DNA of 63,788 nt, counting the filler, from Octopus bimaculoides (Eukaryota): assembly GCF_001194135.2 (NCBI RefSeq). It is 5 parts of 4 records of this genome, joined end to end, with 100 filler letters (N's around TTAATTAATTAA, not from the genome) between each part and the next. Parts side by side here need not be neighbours in the genome. Positions count along the whole stretch, not along the records: positions 31,511 to 53,125 come from NC_068981.1; positions 53,226 to 55,442 come from NC_068990.1; positions 55,543 to 61,982 come from NC_068996.1; positions 62,083 to 63,788 come from NC_068995.1; 1 more part is not named here. One strand, 5' to 3'. The notes beneath the pieces were generated by a model that was not told the DNA's origin, made no database searches, and saw only the letters and a list, made by a program, of their open reading frames with translations. A program made the translations under genes and the position numbers. The stretch's first letter is position 1. Each line of letters starts with the position of its first letter. Below are positions 51,007-63,788 of the stretch, piece after piece.

Positions 51007-51407
51007 GTACATACATACACACACATTTGATACTTTTGAGTTATGATGCAAATGGAGACCAACGGCTAGGGTGTCAAGATCTGTTGATAATGATCAGCGC
51101 TTTCTTTATCTCTCTCGGTACACACACACACACACACACACATATACATACATACATACATACATACTTAAGCACTTATAAATGTACATACGCCTAATAT
51201 ACAGACATAAAAACCCAAATAAAGTAAGCACCACAAGAACAGTTATAGCGATCACATAAAAAAAAGGTAAGTATAAAGAACTAATCGGTTCCATTGTTAA
51301 CATATTGATACAAGATGGAGATGAGATAAGTAAAAAAAGAAATATGGGGGAAAAAATGGAAAAAAAAAAATGAAGAGGAAATAAGCTGAAAATCTATACT
51401 CCGTTTT

Positions 51408-51450
<43 letters not shown>

Positions 51451-51848
51451 NNNNNNNNNNNNNNNNNNNNNNNNNNNNNNNNNNNNNNNNNNNNNNNNNN
51501 NNNNNNNNNNNNNNNNNNNNNNNNNNNNNNNNNNNNNNNNNNNNNNNNNNNNNNNNNNNNNNNNNNNNNNNNNNNNNNNNNNNNNNNNNNNNNNNNNNNN
51601 NNNNNNNNNNNNNNNNNNNNNNNNNNNNNNNNNNNNNNNNNNNNNNNNNNNNNNNNNNNNNNNNNNNNNNNNNNNNNNNNNNNNNNNNNNNNNNNNNNNN
51701 NNNNNNNNNNNNNNNNNNNNNNNNNNNNNNNNNNNNNNNNNNNNNNNNNNNNNNNNNNNNNNNNNNNNNNNNNNNNNNNNNNNNNNNNNNNNNNNNNNNN
51801 NNNNNNNNNNNNNNNNNNNNNNNNNNNNNNNNNNNNNNNNNNNNNNNN

Positions 51849-51934
<86 letters not shown>

Positions 51935-52574
51935 GCTAAGAAGAAGAAGAAGAAGAAGAAGCTAATTCCTGACTTTCGATTCATATCAATAACTTACCTT
52001 CTGAATCTATTTATTGTTTTGTTTCATAATCTCGTGTAGTTAGGGGAGAAAAGGCGAGAGAGGGAGAGTGAAAGAGAACGAAAAAAACAAAACAAAACAA
52101 TCAACGAAGCAAGTTAAAGAGATAAATAAATATATTTTTTGACAGTGAAACTGCATCTGTGTCTATCTATGATGATTGTTAGCATTTTCTTGAACAAAAG
52201 CGTTGCCAGAACCAGCAAAGAAAAGGAAGCAAAGTATTCTTAAGCCAATAGTATTGTTTTTATTTGTGTCGTTATTGTTTTGTTAAGACTTTGATCAACG
52301 GAATTATTCAGTAGAAGTAGTAATAAGATAAAATAAAATAAAATGAAGAAGAAAGTTGTAGTTTGCTCGAAGCATTATGATACAGAAGTAAAATAGCAAA
52401 GGAGAGCTTCTTACATGGACAGATCCTGCTATGTTGATTGCCGCAGGATCTATGTTAACTTACATTTCCTCAATCGGTTCACTTCTGAAGAAGGGCCTTA
52501 GTGCCTGAAAGATCTAAAGGTTACTTAACTTTCCTGTTCTGCATTATAAGAAGCTCTCCATATTAAATGGCAGT

Positions 52575-53125
52575 CTGTCGGTTACGATGACGAGGGTACC
52601 AGTTGATCGGGTCAACAAAACAGCCTGCTGCGGAAATTAACGGATAAGTGTGGTTCAACATTTTACAGGTAGGCGTACCCCTAACGTAATTAGTTCTCAG
52701 GGAGATTCAGCATGATGCAGAATGTGTCAAGGCTAGCCTATTCAATTACAGGTACAACTCATTTTTACCAGTTGAGTAGACTGGAGTATCATGAAATAGT
52801 GTATTGCTCGAGGACACAATGTTGTTGGCACTCCGTCGCTTACGACGTCGAAGGTTCCAGCTGATCCGATCAACGGAACAGCCTGCTCGTGAAATTAACG
52901 TGCAAGTGGCTGAGCACTCCACAGACACGTGTACCCTTAACGTAGTTCTCGGGGATATTCAGTGAGACACAGTGTGACAAGACTGGCCCTTTGAATTACA
53001 GGCACAACAGAAACAGGAAGTGAGAGTGAGAGAAGGTTGTGGTGAAAGAGTACAGCAGGGTTCGCCACCATCCCCTGCCGGAGCCTCATGGAGCTTTAGG
53101 TGTTTTCGCTCAATAAACACTCACA
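52575..53125 (+). mobile_element. Two tandem copies of repeat family C
   Basis: The motif GTCG(G/C)TTACGA(T/C)G.CGA.GG.T.CCAG.TGATC occurs at ~52577 and ~52836. Confidence 0.75.
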
Positions 53126-53225
53126 NNNNNNNNNNNNNNNNNNNNNNNNNNNNNNNNNNNNNNNNNNNNTTAATTAATTAANNNNNNNNNNNNNNNNNNN
53201 NNNNNNNNNNNNNNNNNNNNNNNNN

Positions 53226-53260
<35 letters not shown>

Positions 53261-53950
53261 CACACACACATACATATAGGTATATGTGGGGGTATAAACG
53301 AATGTCCCTACATTGACACAAGACCACAAACATGGAGTCATAGACACATGCAGCTGCAAACACATTCCAATATGTACATTGTAAGGCAAGACAAAAAAAC
53401 CTGGACACACAGGGACACACAAACACTTGTATGCTTAGATTCATGCATGCACGTGTATAATCTCATTGATGTGTACATCAATGAGTAAACACGGATGCAT
53501 ACTCGTATTCACAGAACACACGTCAGACACACATACATTTATATATGTATACATATGTATATGCATGGAGGTATATATGCATATTACACACATCCACGCA
53601 TAAACATATATGTAACTGCATATACACACATAGAGGTGACTGCATATACACACATAGAGGTGACTGCATGTACACACATGAAGCTAGGCGTATATACACA
53701 CACGAAAAAGGAAACATATACACGAGAAAAACAAATACATTTATATACACCTACATACATAGAAATGACACGAAATATACCTTTCTCAGTAAGCCTAACA
53801 CCCAACACACACACACACAAACACACACTGTATGTATGTATGTATGTATGTATGTATGTATGTGTGTGTGTATACAAACACCTAACTTATTGATCCAGAC
53901 ACTTAAACACATACACTGCGATAACCAACAAACTGCACTTCCTATTCGCG

Positions 53951-54004
<54 letters not shown>

Positions 54005-54099
54005 CGCACAAGCATATCGTTACTGCTTCGAACACAGACAGACGTACTCCCCAACCTGCACACAATCACTTTCAAACATGCACACACATACACACACAT

Positions 54100-54142
<43 letters not shown>

Positions 54143-54315
54143 TGCACACACGCCCACACTTACATATGCACCCTTTAACGTAACCACCAACATCACACAG
54201 CAATTCACACACATGCATACACACATATATACAAAATTAAACTTATAAATATCCATGCAAAGTATACTGTCGGTCTATGCATATATAGTTAGTACATACA
54301 TGTTGCTGCTGCTAT

Positions 54316-54370
<55 letters not shown>

Positions 54371-54480
54371 GTTGCTGCTGCTGTTACTACACACATACAT
54401 ACATACATACATACATACATACATACATGCATACATGCAAGCACATATGCAAACATATATAGGCATGCGTACATATTCTG

Positions 54481-54518
<38 letters not shown>

Positions 54519-54632
54519 ACACTCACACACACTCACACACACTCACTACAGCGTACATTCACAAATATGAATATACAAACAACGCACAGAAAAACATTTT
54601 CAATCACCTTGTCTTCAGAAACACACATATAA

Positions 54633-54673
<41 letters not shown>

Positions 54674-54910
54674 TACATACACACACGCACACATACGCAC
54701 CTACACACGCACACACTCATTCACATCCATATACACGTACATGCACGCATCAACACAAACATACACGTACATGTACGCACGCGTAAACAGAGACACACGC
54801 CTTCGAAAACTATTGATAAAGAGGAAAAACCCACAGATGTATGAGCGCACATGTGAAGACGTTTACATGCACACTTTCTGCTCCTGCTGCTGCTGCTGCT
54901 ATTACACCCG

Positions 54911-54964
<54 letters not shown>

Positions 54965-56885
54965 GTTTGTCAAGACGTGAGCACAGAGAGAGCGAACACA
55001 CAGACAAAAATTTTCATGCCGTGACATGTCTCCCACAGACACACACGTACGTCTACGTACGCACAAAAATACTTTATAAAGGACCACGTTACACACACAT
55101 ACACATACACACACGTATGCATGGATGCTTACACACACACACACATCAAGCAAGGACGCTTATACGGCCACACACACATATATACGCAGACAGACACATC
55201 GAACGGTATAAAAATATAATAACAATGAGTCTGTCAAACCTTTATACGCATATCCACACAGATATATACGACTACCTCGGCACAAAACACACTGTAATTT
55301 ATATACCGTCGTCGATCTACACACATACACACACACGCACTTCGATGTTAAGGACAGATACAGTCTTGAACACACAGACACAAACAGATGTAAAAACATG
55401 GACTCTAGCATTATCGCCTCACACACACACACACACACACACNNNNNNNNNNNNNNNNNNNNNNNNNNNNNNNNNNNNNNNNNNNNTTAATTAATTAANN
55501 NNNNNNNNNNNNNNNNNNNNNNNNNNNNNNNNNNNNNNNNNNATACATATACACGTATATGTACACCATTTCGATACTGTAATGACAGATACTTTCAGAG
55601 AGAGAGAGAGAGAGAAAGAGAGAAAGAGACAGAGAAAGAGAGAGAGAGAAAGAGAGAGAGAGAACGAGAGAGAGAGAGAAAGAAAGAGAGAGAGAGAGAA
55701 AGAGAGAGAGAGAAACAGAGAGAGAGAGAAACAGAGAGAGAGAGAGATGTATATGTATACATATAGATGTACACGTATATGTATATATATATATAGATGT
55801 ACATGTAATATGTACACATATATACATATATACATGCATACAGATATCTATACATATATACACCCATCACACACACATACACATGCACACAAANNNNNNN
55901 NNNNNNNNNNNNNNNNNNNNNNNNNNNNNNNNNNNNNNNNNNNNNNNNNNNNNNNNNNNNNNNNNNNNNNNNNNNNNNNNNNNNNNNNNNNNNNNNNNNN
56001 NNNNNNNNNNNNNNNNNNNNNNNNNNNNNNNNNNNNNNNNNNNNNNNNNNNNNNNNNNNNNNNNNNNNNNNNNNNNNNNNNNNNNNNNNNNNNNNNNNNN
56101 NNNNNNNNNNNNNNNNNNNNNNNNNNNNNNNNNNNNNNNNNNNNNNNNNNNNNNNNNNNNNNNNNNNNNNNNNNNNNNNNNNNNNNNNNNNNNNNNNNNN
56201 NNNNNNNNNNNNNNNNNNNNNNNNNNNNNNNNNNNNNNNNNNNNNNNNNNNNNNNNNNNNNNNNNNNNNNNNNNNNNNNNNNNNNNNNNNNNNNNNNNNN
56301 NNNNNNNNNNNNNNNNNNNNNNNNNNNNNNNNNNNNNNNNNNNNNNNNNNNNNNNNNNNNNNNNNNNNNNNNNNNNNNNNNNNNNNNNNNNNNNNNNNNN
56401 NNNNNNNNNNNNNNNNNNNNNNNNNNNNNNNNNNNNNNNNNNNNNNNNNNNNNNNNNNNNNNNNNNNNNNNNNNNNNNNNNNNNNNNNNNNNNNNNNNNN
56501 NNNNNNNNNNNNNNNNNNNNNNNNNNNNNNNNNNNNNNNNNNNNNNNNNNNNNNNNNNNNNNNNNNNNNNNNNNNNNNNNNNNNNNNNNNNNNNNNNNNN
56601 NNNNNNNNNNNNNNNNNNNNNNNNNNNNNNNNNNNNNNNNNNNNNNNNNNNNNNNNNNNNNNNNNNNNNNNNNNNNNNNNNNNNNNNNNNNNNNNNNNNN
56701 NNNNNNNNNNNNNNNNNNNNNNNNNNNNNNNNNNNNNNNNNNNNNNNNNNNNNNNNNNNNNNNNNNNNNNNNNNNNNNNNNNNNNNNNNNNNNNNNNNNN
56801 NNNNNNNNNNNNNNNNNNNNNNNNNNNNNNNNNNNNNNNNNNNNNNNNNNNNNNNNNNNNNNNNNNNNNNNNNNNNNNNNNNNNN

Positions 56886-56923
<38 letters not shown>

Positions 56924-57060
56924 CATACATACATTATATGCATGTATAAATATATAGGAGTATATATGTACATGTAAATATATGTACGTGTAGGTATGTT
57001 TGCGTATGTATATATGCATATAGATACATATCTATATGTGCGTCTACGTATGTGCATAGA
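53226..57060. repeat. Microsatellite-dominated region ((CA), (TA), (CATA), (CTA), (GA))
   Basis: Seen directly; includes a 24-bp x3 minisatellite at ~53615-53680. Confidence 0.9.
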
Positions 57061-58084
57061 CAACCAATGGTCATATTTGTAGACAACCTCTCTGCATAAT
57101 AGAAACCTATTATATATAAAAATACAAGCTAAGAGGCCTCATAAAGGGCAAAACATGTGGCCATTGATAAATTATGCCTAAAAAAATTCTAAATATTTCT
57201 CCACATGTTTTAGGCCACAGGCACGCATACAGTACGCATCACTGATGAGATCCATTAACATTGAAACATGCCTTCAATTGTCTTCATACTTCGAAAGATC
57301 ATAATTACTTCTCAATGCATACCATATCTAATTTAAAAAAAAAAAAAAATTTTGTCAATAAATTTTGCAATGTGTATCACCATTGCCCTCTTTGCTTTTT
57401 AGAGAGGGTTGCATAATTAATTAATTCAGACAATCACCGCTAGATTAGCAACTGGTTCATGTCACTATTGTATTGATAGGTAGGGTGGGTAGAGGCAATC
57501 AAATTTACTCAGAAGTCAGTTATCGGCCCGAAACCTAGTAGAAGATCAAAGTGCTCCGTAATGGGACTGAACTTAAAACCACATAATTGCAAAATGATCT
57601 TAATCACGCAGGCATATCTGTGCTTGTTTGTTACACACACAATATATATACNNNNNNNNNNNNNNNNNNNNNNNNNNNNNNNNNNNNNNNNNNNNNNNNN
57701 NNNNNNNNNNNNNNNNNNNNNNNNNNNNNNNNNNNNNNNNNNNNNNNNNNNNNNNNNNNNNNNNNNNNNNNNNNNNNNNNNNNNNNNNNNNNNNNNNNNN
57801 NNNNNNNNNNNNNNNNNNNNNNNNNNNNNNNNNNNNNNNNNNNNNNNNNNNNNNNNNNNNNNNNNNNNNNNNNNNNNNNNNNNNNNNNNNNNNNNNNNNN
57901 NNNNNNNNNNNNNNNNNNNNNNNNNNNNNNNNNNNNNNNNNNNNNNNNNNNNNNNNNNNNNNNNNNNNNNNNNNNATACATACAACACACACACATACAT
58001 ATACAACATACATACACACACAGAGTAATATACAGTAATAATGGCTTCAAATTTTGGCATAACGCCAGAAAATTTTAAGTGACT

Positions 58085-58245
58085 GGGGAAATCAATTACA
58101 TCGACCCCAGAATTCGAATGGTACTTATTTTATCGGCTCCGAAATGATGAAAGGCAAAATTGACCTCGGAGGAATTGGAACTCAAAACATAAAGACGAAC
58201 GAAATACTGGTAAGCATTTTGTCCAGCGTACTAACGGTTCTGCTG
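58085..58245 (-). mobile_element. SINE family B copy
   Basis: Reverse complement of the 16675-16890 family. Confidence 0.7.
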
Positions 58246-60629
58246 CCGTACAGTAGTATACATTAACAATAAACACTGAAAAACCTAAGAGGTGTTTTTT
58301 AAGTTTTGTATTATAACACACACACGTATTTCTGTAATCCGACTGTCGTTATTACGTAAGCGAATTTACATGCAATCAACACACTTCTTTGGTATTATCA
58401 GTAAAAAATATAAATAGAAGATATGTATATTTCCTCATATAACCCATTATTCAAGCTACGTGCCACTTGGTATAGCTGAATAGAAGATGATAGCGTACGA
58501 GATAGCAGGATTGTGTGAGAGGGAAATGACAGTATAAAGAGGGGAAGGCTTTTATGGCTTCCCTACCCTTGTACACATTCCAGTTGAATCACACATACTC
58601 ATACTTACACGCAATGACACACACACACACACATATATACACGCGGTGAAGCGGAGAATAAAGTAACCCCGAGACAACGTAGCATCCCTGATAAACGCAA
58701 GAGCAACAGACAAGAACAATAATAGCAAAAGTAATTGGTGGCATACATCAAAATACGAAAACTGAGATGATGGTCCCTCCTGACATTTTATATGGTATGT
58801 GGATCACAGTATTTCCGATTTGGCAGCTGGCATATTCATAAACAGTTTCAAAACAAAGATAATGGCAGGTCATCGGACACGCGCCCACCCTCCGCTTGCA
58901 CGCGCGCAAACACACATACACATTCATATATGTGCGCGCATATAAACACAGATCTATATGCAAGGACGGACACACACACGCACAGATGCATAGTCGCACG
59001 TGTAGATATACACAAGGCACAATCATATATGTATATATGTACATGTGTATGTGTGTGTGTGAAATTGCGTTTGATTCAATGGCCGATAACTGATGAGGAG
59101 TTGGGGACCTTCTATGTCTGTTTTCAGTTCGTCTGTTCATTTACTATACGTTTTTGTTAACTTTATACACACACACACACACACACTACAGCGACCAGCA
59201 ACCTTTCGATATCACAAAACATGCATAACAACATCTCTGGAAGACTACCGAATGTGTGTGTGTGTGTATTTGTACATTTCCACAAATACAATAGCAAAAT
59301 CACCCAAAAGCATTATGTAATACAATAAAACCCGGCCTTGTTTTCAGATGTGCTCAATCCCTTGTTATACAGCATCAATATTGTGTTTGCATTGGAATTG
59401 TAATATCACTCGTATCAAACATCGTTGCTCTGGGCCTTGCAGACCTGAGAATGGTCGGTATCCAAGTAAGTTGGAGCATTTGGTTGATCCGTTGCCAGGT
59501 GCCATAGTGTCTGATAAAGGCATTGGTATTTTCCAACAAGCATGACTGGGGTGTATATACTGACAGACAAGACAGACGGATACACGTTGGAAGTACAGAT
59601 ACGTAGGTTATTCGGATACAAGATAATGCAGATCATTTAGCGCATTATTATTATGAGAATATATTGCCTAATTCTACAATGTGGAGCCGAATAGCAATCG
59701 CAGTCTAGCGTATCTCATTGTAATAAAGGTTGCCACCAACCTAATTGTTGCGGAATATCCAGCATTTACTGTGTTTATAAAACATCCTTCACTCAATTTG
59801 TGTGTTAAATAACTGGTTCTTGGTAGCATATATCCTGCCCTACCAGAGGTGAGGGTGGGGGTGCACCTACAGGCTGTGCACTAAAGAACTAATTGTTATG
59901 CTTGCTGTTGTACTCACCGTGTTACGATCATGGTTTTGATTTCCGGGCGGGACGTGGTGTTGTGTTCACGGAGAAAAAAAAAAACACTGTTTCACATTGC
60001 CCCGTCCACTCAGTTGTAAAGGAGATCCAACAACAGCTTGGACTACAGCGGACTAGTGACCCGTCCAATAGGAAGTGTTGCAATCCAGTCACTTATACTC
60101 TATGGAAAGCGGGTTAACCTCCGGCCTTTTGAGTCCTAGTGCTCATGATAGAGATGTTTGAGTCTTGTATAGAATGTTGACATGGAAATCCTGCCGAGTG
60201 CATTGCCAAACTAAAAGAGGTAAATGGGCGACTTGCAGCAGTCACCATACATAGCAGGCGCGTAGTATTCGTCTTCATTTGACTCAGGACTTCAGCTATG
60301 TAGCTTGAAGATGGGGAAAAAAAAACATGTCTGACTCCTACATTTTTTCAACGTCCAGGAAATATCGAACCCCCCCGTGGAAGAATACGCATCATCAACA
60401 ACGGCATGCCGAATCTTCTGTGTAAGGGGTGTTGGCAACAAATGAACAGACTGCTCATAAAGATCGAAGTAAAAGAACAGAGACATCAGTCTACACAGAT
60501 GAATTGGGGAAGCGGTATAACGATCTGGTGCAAGTCTAGAAAGGAGTACAACAACTTGCTCTCGATCCATTTCTGGGTGTAACTGACTCCATTGATCACA
60601 ATTTAACGCCAAGCAACTTAACTTCGTCG

Positions 60630-60860
60630 GTCAAGTACCCGATGGTACGGGCTTGTCTCTCTAGATACGGAGCTGCAAATTTCTAACTTATCCACACTAA
60701 TCTTTCCTCCCGCCACTTCCTCACATTCCCGAGAACGGTATCGGCCACTTTGCTTATCCAGGTTAATCTTTCCTCCTGTTATCTCCTCATATTCCTTTAG
60801 AACGGTATCGACCAAACCAACATGATTTCCGTGGTGGGTGTCCGACACCATTATCGTGGT
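60630..60860 (-). mobile_element. L1/Tx1-like RT fragment with an internal ~60-bp duplication
   Basis: ITTIMVSD...VLKEYEEITGGKINLDK followed by a second ECEEVAGGKISVDK. Confidence 0.65.
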
Positions 60861-61334
60861 GATGACCACACGCACCAAAACAACTCCCAAGTTTGAACGC
60901 CATATTCTTCCATACTTCCGGTTTCTATACAATAGGAACTCAAGAGATGCAAAAGAACATTTTGCAACGCGTGAAAATATTACAAATTTTGCAAAAAAAA
61001 AAAAAGTTGAAATATGTCTAAAGACAAACATTTCCTCTATTCAAGATAATGACGGTAGACATTTTCAAACCTTTCCCTTTTTTTTTTTTAGTGGTGGTCA
61101 TGGGGATTATTGGAAACTGGAAAACTATTTTATATAAAGCCCTCTGCAAAAGTGATCGTTTGCATCGCAGAGCATCAAAAACAACAATAACACTATTAAC
61201 CCCTTCTATTATAGTTACAAGGTCTGAAATTTTTGTGGGGGGGAGGGGGTAAGTTAATTAAATAGACCCTCTATGCTCAAGGCCACCATGGGTCAATAAA
61301 TGATGTAAAATATGTGTATTATACGGCAGGAGAT

Positions 61335-61495
61335 AGCCGGCTGTATGGTAAGTAGCTTGCTTACCAATCACACGGTTCTGGGTTCAGTCACACTGCGTGG
61401 TACATTGGAGAAGTGTCTTCTACGATAGCCTCGAGCCGACAAAAGCCTTGAGAGTGAATTTGATAGACGGAAACTGAAAGAAGCACGTCGTATAT
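61335..61495 (+). mobile_element. tRNA-derived SINE family D
   Basis: Matches the reverse complement of 38935-39095. Confidence 0.8.
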
Positions 61496-61809
61496 GGTGG
61501 CAGCTGATGAAGGATATGTTCTCTATGTAACCTGTGTGTTTGTTGTACCTTGTTTATCATTTTGTCCATGTTTTTTTTGCAACGTCATGTACCCAGATAT
61601 GCATCTATATATACATGTAGATGAAGGTATGTACATACATGTATGTATATATGCATATACTCATAAGTTATATATATTTATATATAATTATTACAAATTA
61701 AAAGGGTAAAGGATTATCAATTTATTAATTAATAAATTAATTAACAATTAATAATTTTTACCAAGCCCATCGGTATGAAAGCACCATTATTGGTGGAGAA
61801 CTTATTTAA

Positions 61810-61982
61810 AAGCTCATATATATTTATAAATATAATTAAGGGATCAGCAAATATTTGCTTCACCATATACCGAAGTTCAGCTGGGATTCTCAGCTTTTTT
61901 AGCTGCTATTTCTGAACTTCGGTATATGGTGAAGCAAATATTTGCTGATCCCTTAATTATATTTATAAATATATATGAGCTT
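61810..61982. repeat. Perfect 71-bp inverted repeat with a 31-nt spacer, ending at a scaffold join
   Basis: Arms 61810-61880 and 61912-61982. Confidence 0.92.
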
Positions 61983-62399
61983 NNNNNNNNNNNNNNNNNN
62001 NNNNNNNNNNNNNNNNNNNNNNNNNNTTAATTAATTAANNNNNNNNNNNNNNNNNNNNNNNNNNNNNNNNNNNNNNNNNNNNTACAAACATATTTACAAA
62101 GACACACGTGTGTATGCGCGCGCGCGTGCGTGTGTGCGTGGTGGGTTCCACAATCGCCATTTATTTCAATTACTCTTGTGAGGATATTCACGTAAATCAT
62201 TTCTTTCATTTAATCCCCATTTTAATTTTCGTAAAAGTTTCCAAGTACCAATGAGGCTTTTTGGCACATCTTCAATTTTCCCCATTCATGAGAGGCGCCC
62301 AGCCATCATTCATCTGAGAGTCCATCTACAGAATGTCCTCAAATTTCTATACAGCATATTTTGCTTTTTTTCTTCAAGTATATAAGCAACAATTTCATT

Positions 62400-62427
62400 C
62401 CCGAGCAACGCCGGGTGCCTCTGCTAG
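62400..62427 (+). mobile_element. Helitron-type 3' terminus
   Basis: CCCGAGCAACGCCGGG hairpin, 8 nt, then CTAG|T. Confidence 0.6.
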
Positions 62428-63259
62428 TAGTTCAATAAGAAATAACTTTGGTTGTCTGGAAAATTAAGAAAAACACAAGTATAAACAAGAGCACTCAGGG
62501 AGCGCAAACCTCCGCCAAGGTAACACCAACTTTTCAAATAGGGCTTCTAAACAATGTACTTTCCTAGCCACCTACACATACTTCTTCAAGCCCAGGGCAC
62601 GCTTTATACCTTGTCATGATCAATAGATTGTTTTGCACCCGCTGCAATGCAAATCATCGCGTTCGTAAATGATGTTGCTGGGAATCGCTCACAATATAAT
62701 GCTAAAATGAGACCTCTCTGTTTAATCGATTCTCTAATGTAATCTTCTCTTGCAGGAATAAATTCTACTGTGTCTTTACTCATTATGTAAAATCATTATA
62801 ATTTCTCATCTTAACTGAAATTCTGTTTTCTCATTGCATTTTCTTCCCCTACTACCTCCACTCCCTTACCACAACATTTAATTTTCTCATGCTTATCTGT
62901 CTATTGCCTCTGCTACTCTTTATCATGTCTGAGAACAACTATTCTGTTCCGCCCCAGCCCCATCGCTAGATTTAACTGACAACACTATTTCTCCGGCTAG
63001 CTATTAACTCTATACATTCATTATATCTGATCTTTGTCAAGCTGTATCTTCATCTCGTCTCACTTCGTAACCACTCCTAACTCATTATTTCATTTCGAGT
63101 CTTTGAATCACTTCCTCACTATCTCTCTCTGTTCTTTTTGAATATTTATATTCATAAACACTGCTAGACAATTCACATTTGCCACCCTGCTCTTGAAAAC
63201 GAACGCCTAACTTATTTCAACAATTTCATCGAGTCATGTCGTTTGACTGCACAGTATTA

Positions 63260-63590
63260 CTTAAAATACACCCTTCGGTTATGAATGACTATGGGATTGC
63301 ATCTAGAAAGTTACCCTCCGAGGTACAAGTCCGGTAAAGGTTGTTTATGGAAGATCAGCTGTCACCCATGCATACCAGCCTCCTCTTTCCACACCACTGA
63401 TATTATCCAAGGAAAAGGTAAAGGCGGAGACAGCTTGGCATCATTGACGTCACAACACATTTCTACAGTTGAGTGAACTGGAGCAACGTGAAACAAAGTG
63501 TCTCGCTCAAGAACACAACACACAGCCCGCTTTGGGAATCGAACTAAGTATCTCGTGATTGTGAGTCCGACGCTCTAACCATTGAACCAT
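63260..63590 (-). mobile_element. tRNA-headed SINE
   Basis: Minus-strand head ATGGTTCAATGGTTAGAGCGTCGG...GTTCGATTCCC (A and B boxes), followed by a body shared with family C. Confidence 0.7.
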
Positions 63591-63745
63591 GGTTATTACA
63601 TAGGTCATAGCCGTCTTGAAAAAGCTGCCGAGATAAGACTTTACATAATATCTTCCTTCTACTTTGTTATTTGTTTTCTTTATTTTGCAAACGCATTTTG
63701 TGTTCCACATAAATATGTCTTGGGTTCAACAGTGTTTATGCTAGT

Positions 63746-63788
<43 letters not shown>

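Noticed and set aside
52413-52455. AGATCCTGC/GCAGGATCT hairpin
   Set aside because: A 9-bp stem extended only through a 4-nt bulge; poor miRNA geometry.
53462-53485. 10-bp hairpin CTCATTGATG/CATCAATGAG
   Set aside because: Too short for a pre-miRNA and embedded in microsatellite-rich DNA.
63525-63590. tRNA-like sequence
   Set aside because: No complete cloverleaf or acceptor stem, and it continues into a SINE body.

Overview
This is AT-rich, microsatellite-dense animal genomic DNA with many N-gaps. The SINE families and repeat landscape suggest an octopus or other coleoid cephalopod; that is my inference and is not verified. No intact host protein-coding gene can be supported, and almost all ORFs in the supplied track are microsatellite translations, gap read-throughs or decayed transposon fragments. 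Recognisable mobile DNA: a Penelope-like element (RT end plus GIY-YIG), several R4/Dong-like REL-endonuclease LINEs next to (TAA)n arrays, Tx1/L1-like LINE pieces, a decayed Ty3/gypsy element with its 3' LTR, an internally deleted mariner, a Tc1 remnant, MITEs, Helitron-type 3' ends and four SINE families. Most interesting: (i) an ~28-bp-stem hairpin at 46760-46827 (- strand) whose 5' arm starts with the miR-12 seed, and in which the A of an in-frame UAG sits opposite a C, an amber/W-like ADAR configuration upstream of a signal-peptide-like frame; (ii) three minimal type I hammerhead ribozymes from three different repeat families, one in a ~552-bp retrozyme-like tandem unit; (iii) an R4/Dong element with twin-priming-like geometry; (iv) two long foldback inverted repeats. 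Four TTAATTAATTAA islands inside 100-bp N spacers are artificial scaffold joins. Coordinates of decayed elements are approximate.
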